From NCBI GenBank assembly GCA_964016885.1, contig CAXHJY010000581.1, forward strand, positions 1 to 36,388: 36,388 nt of DNA. Reading direction: 5' to 3'. This DNA comes from Eledone cirrhosa. Taxonomy: Eukaryota. Positions 25,705 through 36,388 of the stretch are shown in pieces. The position numbers and the translations under genes are program-made. The notes under the pieces were generated by a model that saw only the letters and a program-made list of their open reading frames with translations, was not told the origin of the DNA and did not search any database. Numbering within the stretch: position 1 is the stretch's first letter; each line of letters begins with the position of its first letter.

Positions 25705-26300
25705 TTATCACAATAGACGTTATCACAATCAATAGACATTATCACAATAGACGTTATCACAATAGACTTTATCACAATAGACGTTATCACAATAGACTTT
25801 ATCACAATAGACGTTATCACAATGGACGATATCACAATGGACGTTATCACAATGGACGTTATCACAATGGACGTTATCACAATGGATATTATCACAATCA
25901 ATAGACGTTATCACAATAGACGTTATCACAATAGATGTTATCACAATGGACGATATCACAATAGATGTTATCACAATGGACGTTATCACAATGGACGTTA
26001 TCACAATAGATGTTATCACAATAGATGTTATCACAATGGACGATATCACAATAGATGTTATCACAATGGACGTTATCACAATGGACGTTATCACAATCAA
26101 TAGACGTTATCACAATCAATAGACGTTATCATAATGGACGTTATCACAATAGATGTTATCACAATGGACGTTATCACAATAGACGTTATCACAATGGACA
26201 CTATCACAATGGACGCTATCACAATGGACGCTATCACAATGGACGCTATCACAATGGATGTTATCACAATGGACGCTATCACAATGGACGCTATCACAAT
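25705..26300. repeat. 15-bp minisatellite (TTATCACAATRGACG), about 39 copies, with occasional 19-bp units (+CAAT)
   Basis: Direct observation; 5-aa periodic ORFs. Confidence 0.98.
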
Positions 26301-26505
26301 AACTTAACTATCATAACAACCTCTCAATTAATCTCCTCTATACAAATGTTTAAACCTATATCCTAGTTAATCTGTCCTCACATTAGTTCACTGCTTCATA
26401 TCACACTATATCTAGTCTCATTAACTAAATCCTACTATAATTAATGTTCTGTTGTCATCTCTATCATTTTACATTAACTGTTGACATTATTGTAATTATC
26501 CCTAA

Positions 26506-26732
26506 GGGCTGTTGATTAGCAGAATCGGTAGAGCACTAGACAAAATATTTCATAGTATTTGTGTACAGTTCTTTACATTCTGAGTTCAAATCCCACTGAG
26601 GTCAAATTTGCTTTTCATCTTTCCGAGGATGATGAAATAAAGTACCAGTAATGTACTGGGATCAATGAAATAATTGACTTTGCACTCCCCCCACAAATTG
26701 CTGGCCCTGTGCCTAAATTAGAAATCATTATT
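26506..26732 (+). mobile_element. tRNA-derived SINE
   Basis: A-box-like TAGCAGAATCGG, B-box GAGTTCAAATCCC, core GCTTTTCATCTTTCCGAGG...AAAGTACCAG, short (ATT) tail; homologous to copies at 34770-35245. Confidence 0.8.
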
Positions 26733-26880
26733 GAAAGTATTCTCATTATCATTGCCAAGTCAATGATAATTTGTTATAATTAATTTCATTTTGGTTTTGT
26801 TGCTAATTTAGAAAAGAATCCATTCTCGCCTACAGTTTTATTGTAGTGTCTGATTCTTTATAAACTGATTATAAGCAATG

Positions 26881-26963
26881 AAGGCGGCTTAGTGGTTAGA
26901 GAGTTGGATTGACAATTGTGAGGTTGTGAGTTCAATTCTTGGGCTAAGTGAAGTGTTATGTCC
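26881..26963 (+). mobile_element. tRNA-like SINE head fragment (second family)
   Basis: A-box GGCTTAGTGG and B-box GAGTTCAATTC at tRNA-like spacing; no intact cloverleaf. Confidence 0.55.
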
Positions 26964-27351
26964 AGTTGCAACCAGTAGATAGTAAGAGCAATGGAAACAA
27001 TGTTTCCTTGGTCCAACGAGTTCCAGCCCAAGTCTAGGATGTTAATTTAGATCAATATAACAAGTTTAGTTATTAAAATTAATGAATATTAACTATATTT
27101 TAGAGTTGTAGAAACTACTTCCAGCTTTGAGTTTAATTTCTGTTTGTCTAACTAGGCCTTTCATTAAACTGTTGTTTTGTGGTGGAGCTGGGGTTTTAAA
27201 CAGTTGTGGTACCTTCTACCCCAAATATAGAGATGTTGGTACCAAAAAAATGTAGCTATTTATAATTGTTGTACCAAACTAATAAATATTAAAAAAACTT
27301 GTCTACCAGGTTAGATTCCCTAAGCATCTAAGGCAATTTAATGAATTATAT

Positions 27352-27530
27352 CCCTTCCTTGGCCATATCCGGCCAGAATTTGCCATAACCAGCCACTCAT
27401 ACCAATGTTATGGTATTAATCTCAAAATAAATAACATCATAATCTAATAGATTTGATATTATGTGAGATAAAGCCTTTACCATGAAAACATAATAGTAAA
27501 TATAGAGTAATGTAAATACTAAAATATTAA
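27352..27530. mobile_element. Degenerate second copy of the MITE at 21229-21431
   Basis: Shares CCGGCCAGAATT, CTCAAAATAAATA, ATGTGAGATAA, TTTACCATGAAAA, AATAGTAAATATAGAGTAATGTAAAT. Confidence 0.75.
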
Positions 27531-28107
27531 GAAAAAAATTAAAATTTAATCATACTTCGAATGCAAATTGAAGGGAGAAAACTTTAGCATAAATTTATTC
27601 ATAGATTTCTCGTTGCTATTTTCAATGGCTTCGTTGTTATTTTGTTAAGTATGTTATGTTATGTTGTTAAGTTGCTCAACTAAAAGATCTCTTTTCACAT
27701 CTCAGATACGTAGAAAGTACTTTCTGGAAAATAGGTGCTAGTTCATCTATAGGGTTAATATTGACAATTATAGTTTAAGATCTTAGAATTAATGTTAGGA
27801 CCCAAACTGACCAGTTGTTCCTATTCACCATTAATTATGTATTAACTTGATCTCAATAACAATCACCATCTTTGGAACCAAAGTTACCTTTATATTTTAT
27901 ATTTCGGAATTAGTACCCTCTTTTCAAAGAACTGATATGGAGTGTGAAGATGATCATCATTTTCGTCATTTTTAGATTCATTTTATATTCTCATACTGGC
28001 ATTGGTAGAACTATTCTACAATATAGCAGCTTTTCACATATTCAGAAGTAACATCATCATCATCACCATTTTATATAAAACTCTTGATTATTGTTTTGTT
28101 TTTTCAG

Positions 28108-28214
28108 GTTAATGTACCAAACAAAATTGATATCAAAATATCACGCTCAAATGTGTTTGAAGATTCTTTCCGTGTCATAATGAATGTAAAGAAAGTAGAT
28201 TTCTTAAAAACAAG
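28108..28214 (+). CDS. NEDD4: NEDD4-like exon E (start of HECT): VNVPNKIDIKISRSNVFEDSFRVIMNVKKVDFLKT(R)
   Basis: TTTTCAG| acceptor, AG|GTTTGT donor, 107 nt, phase 0-2; RxxxFEDS HECT motif. Confidence 0.96.
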
Positions 28215-28718
28215 GTTTGTTTTAAGAAACATTATTTCCCTCCTCTCTTGATACTTTAAAACAACACTAACGCATTAAGGAACGAGAAATTAATTTTTTA
28301 TGATTACTTTTAGAATATATTTTAGAGTTACTGAAGTTTAATTTCCAATTTCCCAAATATAATCAAACATGACCCCCACCCCCACCTAGTCTTCCTTCCA
28401 TTATAAAGACATTTGATCATAGGCTGACATGTTGCAGTTGGTTGAATCAAGATACTTTGTTATTCCACTATTAATTCTTGTAAATCCTGTCACATTTACT
28501 GTTGTCTATATTGGTTATCATTAATTCATATTCTACAAGTTTCTCACAAAATTTTAGATGTAAAAATTAAATTCTCTCACACATGATTTATTACCCTAAC
28601 TTATTCAATAAAAATACTGGGTGCTTTTTGTCATGGCCCCAACGTGACCACTCTACAGAGAGGACTGGGTGCTCTTTAATTAATGTCCATTTCATTGAAT
28701 CTGTTGTTATTACTTTGA

Positions 28719-28874
<156 letters not shown>

Positions 28875-29011
28875 TAAGTTGAGAATTCTCTTAAGCATAG
28901 TTTCATTCATCTTCTTATTATTGTTGTCACCATCATCACCTTCATCACCACCATCTCCATCATCACTAATTTGAAAATGTTTTTTAATATTTCTACATAG
29001 TTATAAATATG

Positions 29012-31720
29012 TAATGTACTGTACCTCAACTGGTGACAACTGTACTCCAGATAATGTATTGTACCTCATCTGGTGACAACTGTACTCCAGATAATGTATT
29101 GTACCTCATCTGGTGACAACTCTACACCAGATAATGTATTGTACCTCAACTGGTGACAACTGTACTCCAGATAATGTATTGTACCTCAACTGGTGACAAC
29201 TGTACTCCAGATAATGTATTGTACCTCATCTGGTGACAACTCTACACCAGAAAATGTATTGTACCTCATCTGGTGACAACTCTACACCAGATAATGTATT
29301 GTAACTCATCTGGTGACAACTCTACACCAGATAATGTATTGTAACTCATCTGGTGACAACTGTACTCCAGATAATGTATTGTACCTCATCTGGTGACAAC
29401 TGTACTCCAGATAATGTATTGTACCTCATCTGGTGACAACTGTACTCCAGATAATGTATTGTACCTCAACTGGTGACAACTGTACTCCAGATAATGTATT
29501 GTACTTCATCTGGTGACAACTGTACTCCAGATAATGTATTGTACTTCATCTGGTGACAACTGTACTCCAGATAATGTATTGTACCTCATCTGGTGACAAC
29601 TGTACTCCAGATAATGTATTGTACCTCATCTGGTGACAACTGTACTCCAGATAATGTATTGTACCTCATCTGGTGACAACTGTACTCCAGATAATGTATT
29701 GTACCTCAACTGGTGACAACTGTACTCCAGATAATGTATTGTACTTCATCTGGTGACAACTGTACTCCAGATAATGTATTGTACTTCATCTGGTGACAAC
29801 TGTACTCCAGATAATGTATTGTACCTCAACTGGTGACAACTGTACTCCAGATAATGTATTGTACCTCATCTGGTGACAACTGTACTCCAGAAAATGTATT
29901 GTACCTCATCTGGTGACAACTGTACTCCAGATAATGTATTGTACCTCATCTGGTGACAACTGTACACCAGATAATGTATTGTACCTCATCTGGTGACAAC
30001 TGTACTCCAGATAATGTATTGTACCGCATCTGGTGACAACTGTACTCCAGATAATGTATTGTACCTCAACTGGTGACAACTGTACTCCAGATAATGTATT
30101 GTACCTCATCTGGTGACAACTGTACTCCAAAAAATGTATTGTACCTCATCTGGTGACAACTGTATTCCAGATAATGTATTGTACCTCATCTGGTGACAAC
30201 TGTACTCCAGATAATGTATTGTACCTCATCTGGTGACAACTGTACTCCAGATAATGTATTGTACCTCATCTGGTGACAACTGTACTCCAGATAATGTATT
30301 GTACCTCAACTGGTGACAACTCTACACCAGAAAATGTATTGTACCTCATCTGGTGACAACTGTACTCCAGAAAATGTATTGTACTTCATCTGGTGACAAC
30401 TGTACTCCAGATAATGTATTGTACCTCATCTGGTGACAACTGTACTCCAGATAATGTATTGTACCTCATCTGGTGACAACTGTACTCCAGATAATGTATT
30501 GTACCTCATCTGGTGACAACTGTACTCCAGAAAATGCATTGTACCTCAACTGGTGACAACTGTACTCCAGATAATGTATTGTACCTCATCTGGTGACAAC
30601 TGTACTCCAGATAATGTATTGTACCTCATCTGGTGACAACTGTACTCCAGATAATGTATTGTACCTCATCTGGTGACAACTGTACTCCAGATAATGTATT
30701 GTACCTCATCTGGTGACAACTGTACTCCAGATAATGTATTGTACCTCAACTGGTGACAACTGTACTCCAGATAATGTATTGTACCTCATCTGGTGACAAC
30801 TGTACTCCAGATAATGTATTGTACCTCATCTGGTGACAACTGTACTCCAGATAATGTATTGTACCTCATCTGGTGACAACTGTACTCCAGATAATGTATT
30901 GTACCTCATCTGGTGACAACTGTACTCCAGAAAATGCATTGTACCTCAACTGGTGACAACTGTACTCCAGAAAATGCATTGTACCTCATCTGGTGACAAC
31001 TGTACTCCAGATAATGTATTGTACCTCATCTGGTGACAACTGTACTCCAGATAATGTATTGTACCTCATCTGGTGACAACTCTACACCAGAAAATGTATT
31101 GTACCTCAACTGGTGACAACTGTACTCCAGAAAATGCATTGTACTTCATCTGGTGACAACTGTACTCCAGATAATGTATTGTACCTCATCTGGTGACAAC
31201 TGTACTCCAGATAATGTATTGTACCTCATCTGGTGACAACTGTACTCCAGAAAATGTATTGTACCCCATCTGGTGACAACTGTACTCCAGATAATGTATT
31301 GTACCTCAACTGGTGACAACTGTACTCCAGATAATGTATTGTACCTCATCTGGTGACAACTGTACTCCATATAATGTATTGTACCTCATCTGGTCACAAC
31401 TGTACTCCAGAAAATGTATTGTACCCCAACTGGTGACAACTGTACTCCAGATAATGTATTGTACCTCATCTGGTGACAACTGTATCCGCCAGATCATGTA
31501 TTGTACCTCATCTGGTCACAACTGTACTCCAGATAATGTATTGTACCTCATCTGGTGACAACTGTACTCCAGATAATGTATTGTACCTCATCTGGTGACA
31601 ACTGTACTCCAGATAATGTATTGTACCTCATCTGGTGACAACTGTACCCGCCAGATCATGTATTGTACCTCATCTGGTCACAACTGTACCTGCCAGATCA
31701 TGTATTATTCTACATCTGGT
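29012..31720. repeat. 40-bp minisatellite (TAATGTATTGTACCTCATCTGGTGACAACTGTACTCCAGA), about 67 copies, with 42-bp variants at the exon-proximal end
   Basis: Direct observation; unit resembles the acceptor/exon junction at 31737-31776. Confidence 0.99.
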
Positions 31721-31753
31721 GTGTATATATATTTTCTATTATTTCTCATCTAG

Positions 31754-31875
31754 TGACAACTATACCCTCCAGATAAACCCTTTGTCAGGTGTGGCTAACG
31801 AAGAACATTTAAGTTACTTTGAGTTCATTGGGCGGATTGCAGGAATGGCTGTGTATCATGGGAAATTGTTAGATG
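31754..31875 (+). CDS. NEDD4: NEDD4-like exon G (HECT): [40 protein letters not shown]
   Basis: CTAG| acceptor, G|GTAAGT donor, 122 nt, phase 2-1; [12 protein letters not shown]...HLSYF fits the NEDD4/NEDD4L subfamily. Confidence 0.98.
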
Positions 31876-32058
31876 GTAAGTGGTAGCTTAACCTTTTAAA
31901 GTTCTTATAAAATTGAATTTGTCATCATTTTTACTGAAATAAATGTAGACATGACAATCAAATGGTTTCTGGTGTGATTTCACTTCATGGCACTTGGGGC
32001 CACAAATATCTTTTTACCTTGTCAAGATTTTGATTGGCAGAAACTCTGAAGAAGCCTC

Positions 32059-34249
32059 TTGTGTGTAATCTGTGTTGTGTTGTGTGTGATCTGTGTTGTG
32101 TTGTGTTGTGATCTGTGTCGTGTATGATCTGTGTTGTGTCGTGTGTTGTCGTGTGTGATCTGTGTTGTGTTGTGTTGTGTGTGATCTGTGTTGTGTTGTG
32201 TCGTGTGTGATCTGTGTTGTGTCGTGTGTTATGTGTTGCCGTGTGTGATCTGTGTTGTGTCGTGTGTTATCTGTGTTGTGTCGTGTGTTATCTGTGTTGT
32301 GTTGTGTCGTGTGTTATCTGTGTTGTGTCGTGTCGTGTGTTATCTGTGTTGTGTCGTGTTATCTGTGTTGTGTCGTGTGTTATCTGTGTTGTTGTGTCGT
32401 GTGTTATCTGTGTTGTGTTGTGTCGTGTGTTATCTGTGTTGTGTCGTGTCGTGTTATCTGTGTTGTGTCGTGTGTTATCTGTGTTGTTGTGTCGTGTGTT
32501 ATCTGTGTTGTGTTGTGTCGTGTGTTATCTGTGTTGTGTCGTGTGTTATCTGTGTTGTGTCGTGTGTGATCTGTGTTGTGTCGTGTGTGATCTGTGTTGT
32601 GTCGTCTGTGATCTGTGTTGTGTTGTGTCGTGTGTTATCTGTGTTGTGTTGTGTCGTGTGTGATCTGTGTTGTGTCGTCTGTGATCTGTGTTGTGTTGTG
32701 TCGTGTGTTATCTGTGTTGTGTTGTGTGTCATCTGTGTTGTGCTGTGTGTGATCTGTGTTGTGTCGTGTGTTATCTGTGTTGTGTGTTATCTGTGTTGTG
32801 TTGTGTCGTGTGTTATCTGTGTTGTGTTGTGTCGTGTGTTATCTGTGTTGTGTCGTGTGTGATCTGTGTTGTGTCGTGTGTGATCTGTGTTGTGTCGTGT
32901 GTGATCTGTGTTGTGTCGTGTGTGATCTGTGTTGTGTTGTGTCGTGTGTGATCTGTGTTGTGTTGTGTTGTGTGTGATCTGTGTTGTGTCGTGTGTTATC
33001 TGTGTTGTGTTGTCGTGTGTTATCTGTGTTGTGTCGTGTGTTATCTGTGTTGTGTCGTGTGTTATCTGTGTTGTGTCGTGTGTGATCTGTGTTGTGTCGT
33101 GTGTTATGTGTTGTGTTGTGTCGTGTGTTGTGTATTGTGTTATCTGTGTTGTGTTGTGTCGTGTGTTATCTGTGTTGTGTCGTGTGTTATCTGTGTTGTG
33201 TCGTGTGTTATCTGTGTTGTGTTGTGTCGTGTGTTATCTGTGTTGTGTTGTGTCGTGTGTTATCTGTGTTGTGTCGTGTGTTATCTGTGTTGTGTTGTGT
33301 CGTGTGTTATCTGTGTTGTGTTGTGTGTTATCTGTGTTGTGTTGTGTCGTGTGTTATCTGTGTTGTGTTGTGTCGTGTGTTATCTGTGTTGTGTCATGTG
33401 TGATCTGTGTTGTGTCGTGTGTGATCTGTGTTGTGTCGTGTGTGATCTGTGTTGTGTCGTGTGTGATCTGTGTTGTGTTGTGTGTGATCTGTGTTGTGTT
33501 GTGTGTTATCTGTGTTGTGTTGTGTCGTGTGTTATCTGTGTTGTGTCGTGTGTTATCTGTGTTGTGTTGTGTCGTGTGTTATCTGTGTTGTGTTGTGTGT
33601 TATCTGTGTTGTGTCGTGTGTTATCTGTGTTGTGTTGTGTCGTGTGTTATCTGTGTTGTGTCATGTGTGATCTGTGTTGTGTCGTGTGTGATCTGTGTTG
33701 TGTCGTGTGTGATCTGTGTTGTGTCGTGTGTGATCTGTGTTGTGTTGTGTGTGATCTGTGTTGTGTTGTGTCGTGTGTTATCTGTGGTGTCGTGTGTGAT
33801 CTGTGTTGTGTTGTGTGTTATCTGTGTTGTGTTGTGTGTCATCTGTGTTGTGTCGTGTGTTATCTGTGTTGTGTCGTGTGTTATCTGTGTTGTGTCGTGT
33901 GTTATGTGTTGTGTCATGTGTGATTTGTGTTGTCGTGTGTTATGTGTTGTGTCGTGTGTGATTTGTGTTGTGTGTTATCTGTGTTGTGTTGTGTCGTGTG
34001 TGATCTGTGTTGTGTTGTGTCGTGTGTTGTGTTGTGTTGTGTGTTATCTGTGTTGTGTTGTGTCGTGTGTTATCTGTGTTGTGTCGTGTGTTATCTGTGT
34101 TGTGTTGTGTGCCGTGTGTGATCTGGGTTGTGTTGTGTTGTGTCGTGTGTGATCTGGGTTGTGTTGTGTTGTGTTGTGTCGTGTGTGATCTGGGTTGTGT
34201 TGTGTTGTGTTGTGTTGTGTGTGATCTCTGTTGTGTTGTGTTGTGTTGT
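32059..34249. repeat. GT-rich minisatellite, 21-bp core (ATCTGTGTTGTGTCGTGTGTK) with variable TGTGT pentamers
   Basis: Direct observation; 7-aa periodic Cys/Val ORFs. Confidence 0.98.
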
Positions 34250-34547
34250 GAACATTTCCAGAGTGAAGTTGTGTGATCTAGTAGTGTGTTGGACTTAAGA
34301 TCATAATATTGTCAGTTTCACTCCTAGATTGGCTTGCATGGTATGTTCTTAATTTATGTTGTTTCAGTACATCAGTTGATAGTAGTGTTAACTTCCAACA
34401 ACTGCCGGTTCTTATTTTCAACTGAGTGAACTTTCTGGTGGGCTGGGGGTCAGCTTTTCTTATTTGGATTGAAACAAAAACGTAAAGATCTTTTTATTTT
34501 CGATTTCTGTAGATTTCTGATCTAAATATTCCTGTTTACTTTTTCAG

Positions 34548-34618
34548 CCTTTTTTATTCGTCCATTCTATAAAATGATGTTAGGGAAAACAATAAAACTC
34601 TCAGATATGGAATCTGTC
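34548..34618 (+). CDS. NEDD4: NEDD4-like exon H (HECT): (A)[23 protein letters not shown]
   Basis: TTTTCAG| acceptor, GTC|GTAAGT donor, 71 nt, phase 1-0; [11 protein letters not shown] motif. Confidence 0.97.
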
Positions 34619-34653
34619 GTAAGTTGATGATTTTCCTTTCTTGTTTCATTTCA

Positions 34654-34725
34654 GTAAAGGGACGTAACTATATGACACAAAGCATGTTGTCCAATGCTCT
34701 GCTGATCCTACTGCCAATCCACCAC
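34654..34725 (-). mobile_element. 5' fragment of tRNA-derived SINE
   Basis: GTAAAGGGACGTAACTAT...AAAGCATGtTGTC...TACTGCCAATCCACC is the reverse complement of 35044-35108. Confidence 0.7.
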
Positions 34726-34771
34726 TCAAATATTTGATGAGTTTGGGGAATTTATTTAAATTACAGAAAAA

Positions 34772-34991
34772 GCAATTAATAATGAATTCTACGATAAGCA
34801 CAAGACCAACAATTTGAGGAGATGGGAAAGTTGATTAAATCAACCTTGGTGTATTACTGGTACTTCATTTATAGAACCCATAAGGATGAAAGACAAAGCT
34901 AATCTTGGTGGGATTTGAAATCAGAATATAAAGGGCCGTAACTATGCTGGAAAGCATGGTGTCCAACACTTTACCATTTCTGCCAATCCAC
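34772..34991 (-). mobile_element. tRNA-derived SINE, near full length
   Basis: Reverse-complement homology to 35044-35235 and 26506-26732 (GGGATTTGAA B-box, CTGGTACTT core). Confidence 0.82.
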
Positions 34992-34998
34992 AATCATT

Positions 34999-35246
34999 GG
35001 TGGATTGGCAGTATCGGTAGAGCGCCAGACGCCCTGCTAGGGCGGTGGATTGGCAGTATCGGTAGAGGGTCAGACACCATGCTTTCCAGCATAGTTACGT
35101 CCCTTTACGATCTGAGTTCAAATCCCACCGAGGTTGACTTTGCCTTTCATCCTTATGGGGTCGATAAAATAAAGTACCAGTAATGCACTGGGTAATTGCT
35201 GGCCTTGTGCCTAAGTAGAAACAATTATTAATAATAATAATAATAA
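34999..35246 (+). mobile_element. tRNA-derived SINE with a duplicated 5' head and (ATT)/(AAT)n tail
   Basis: GGTGGATTGGCAGTATCGGTAGAG twice (34999, 35044); B-box GAGTTCAAATCCC; core GACTTTGCCTTTCATCCTTATGGGGTCGATAAAATAAAGTACCAG. Confidence 0.85.
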
Positions 35247-35247
35247 T

Positions 35248-35933
35248 GATTTCATTTATTGGCCAAAAGGGCCGACATGTAGGGGACAATACAAAGACAG
35301 GGACAGTGGGGGTTTACAATAAGGTCAAGTAAAAGTGCACAATGGCAGGACTAATTTAACAATGAAGATATAAAAATATAAATAAACTATCCATAAATAT
35401 AACAAAATAAATTCCCCTATAGGGGGTGGACGACCCTGGGGTGACTCAGGTACCCCACCAATCCTGAACCACCCTGCGCTTCTAGGGCACCCAGGGAGAG
35501 CACCCCTCTCCTCAAGTTAGCTAGCCTATAGGTGCATGGTCAGAGTAGGCCCATTCACACGAGCCCATTCTCGCCACATTCACCCCACCTTTTAGCAAAT
35601 GTACTGGGGGCAGCACTTCTCTCTCCACCCTCACCCTCCTTTCCAGGTGAAACTTAAAGAAGTTGATGAGGGGATTGGCCGAAGAGAAAAGTGTCTGTCT
35701 TCAGTCCTTTCAATCTGGTCCACCATATAACCTCTTTCGCAACTGCCACCAGACAGAGGAAAATTTCCTGCTCTTCCTGGCCTAATGAAGGCGGCGGGTC
35801 GATCTTTACTATGGACTCGGTCGATAGCCAGATCCGTTTCTACACGCGACAGTAGCTGTTCGACATAACTCCACAAATCAGTAATACACAGACATTGGAC
35901 AAATGTGTGCAGAACGGTTTCGTCACTCTGTGC
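35248..35933 (-). mobile_element. 3' fragment of an L1/Tx1-like LINE (ORF2 C-terminus with frameshifts plus 3' UTR)
   Basis: Minus strand encodes DETVLHTFVQCLCITDLWSYVEQLL (ETxxHxxxxC zinc-knuckle half) and, after a frameshift, FLCLVAVAKEVIWWTR; ends in AATAAA near 35255. Confidence 0.72.
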
Positions 35934-36294
35934 ATATAATGATTGATAATCTAGTGAGGCTGGAAAATGGACATTGATGTCACAGGCTTTATTATATATT
36001 TTTTGCCTGGCTTGAAAATCTTATTTAAATTAACTCCAGTATTTAACTGTTTCGTTCTAACAACTGTTGATGAGATTTGAACTTAGACACATACTTCCCT
36101 GACATTTGTATATTATTCTATGTACTATACATGCACCTTTGACGAGTTCTAGTGCACCTGAGCACTTTACACAATAATTTCATTATTATTTTTTTTATGA
36201 GACATAACTAATTACTGGTATTATTTGTTTGATGCTCTACTGATTATATTCTAACAATAACATTTGTTTATTTTTATTTTTTAATGTTTTGCAG

Positions 36295-36388
36295 GATCTG
36301 AATACCACAATTCTTTAGTCTGGATTAAAGAGAATGATCCGACAGAACTTGACATCAGATTCTGTGTAGAAGAAGACTATTTTGGAGA
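36295..36388 (+). CDS. NEDD4: NEDD4-like exon I (HECT, cut by the window edge): (D)[30 protein letters not shown]; apparent 1-nt deletion at the start
   Basis: Long T-rich tract plus GCAG| acceptor; peptide matches the NEDD4-type [18 protein letters not shown] motif but only in the frame starting at 36297. Confidence 0.9.

Noticed and set aside
25677-26366. ORFs with RYHNG / SIVIT / CDNVY repeats
   Set aside because: Translations of the 15-bp minisatellite in multiple frames.
26506-26963. Functional tRNA genes
   Set aside because: A/B boxes present but no intact cloverleaf; the first continues into a SINE body found several times in this window.
29012-31720. CRISPR-like array or tandem alternative exons
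   Set aside because: Units are contiguous without spacers, 40 bp is not a multiple of 3, the ancestral AG is lost and no credible donor follows.
32188-34276. Cys/Val-rich proteins (metallothionein- or keratin-associated-like) up to 407 aa
   Set aside because: Open in several frames because the GT-rich repeat rarely forms stop codons; lies within the G-H intron.

Overview
Eukaryotic (animal) genomic DNA, not prokaryotic. The SINE/LINE repertoire looks like octopus or another coleoid cephalopod, a call made from recalled repeat families and not verified. The window holds nine + strand coding exons (22433-36388) of a NEDD4/NEDD4L-type HECT E3 ubiquitin ligase, running from the end of the penultimate WW domain through the last WW domain into the HECT N-lobe, with canonical GT-AG introns. 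Exon phases chain correctly except for an apparent 1-nt deletion at the start of the last exon. The first 18.6 kb is a 27/31-bp minisatellite, probably intronic. It is followed by a nest of insertions in a (TA)n tract: a fold-back SINE-tail palindrome, a 305-bp palindrome carrying a minimal Penelope-type hammerhead ribozyme, and a 5'-truncated RTE-clade LINE with a PHD finger inside ORF2. The introns hold further minisatellites, tRNA-derived SINEs, MITEs, a second hammerhead-like element and an L1/Tx1-like fragment. Most notable: (1) a 2.7-kb 40-bp minisatellite whose unit is a copy of the neighbouring splice-acceptor/exon junction with the AG changed to GG; (2) hammerhead motifs whose copies on the host-gene sense strand are the damaged ones; (3) several inverted-repeat structures predicted to form dsRNA in the pre-mRNA. 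Most ORFs in the supplied track are artefacts of tandem repeats.
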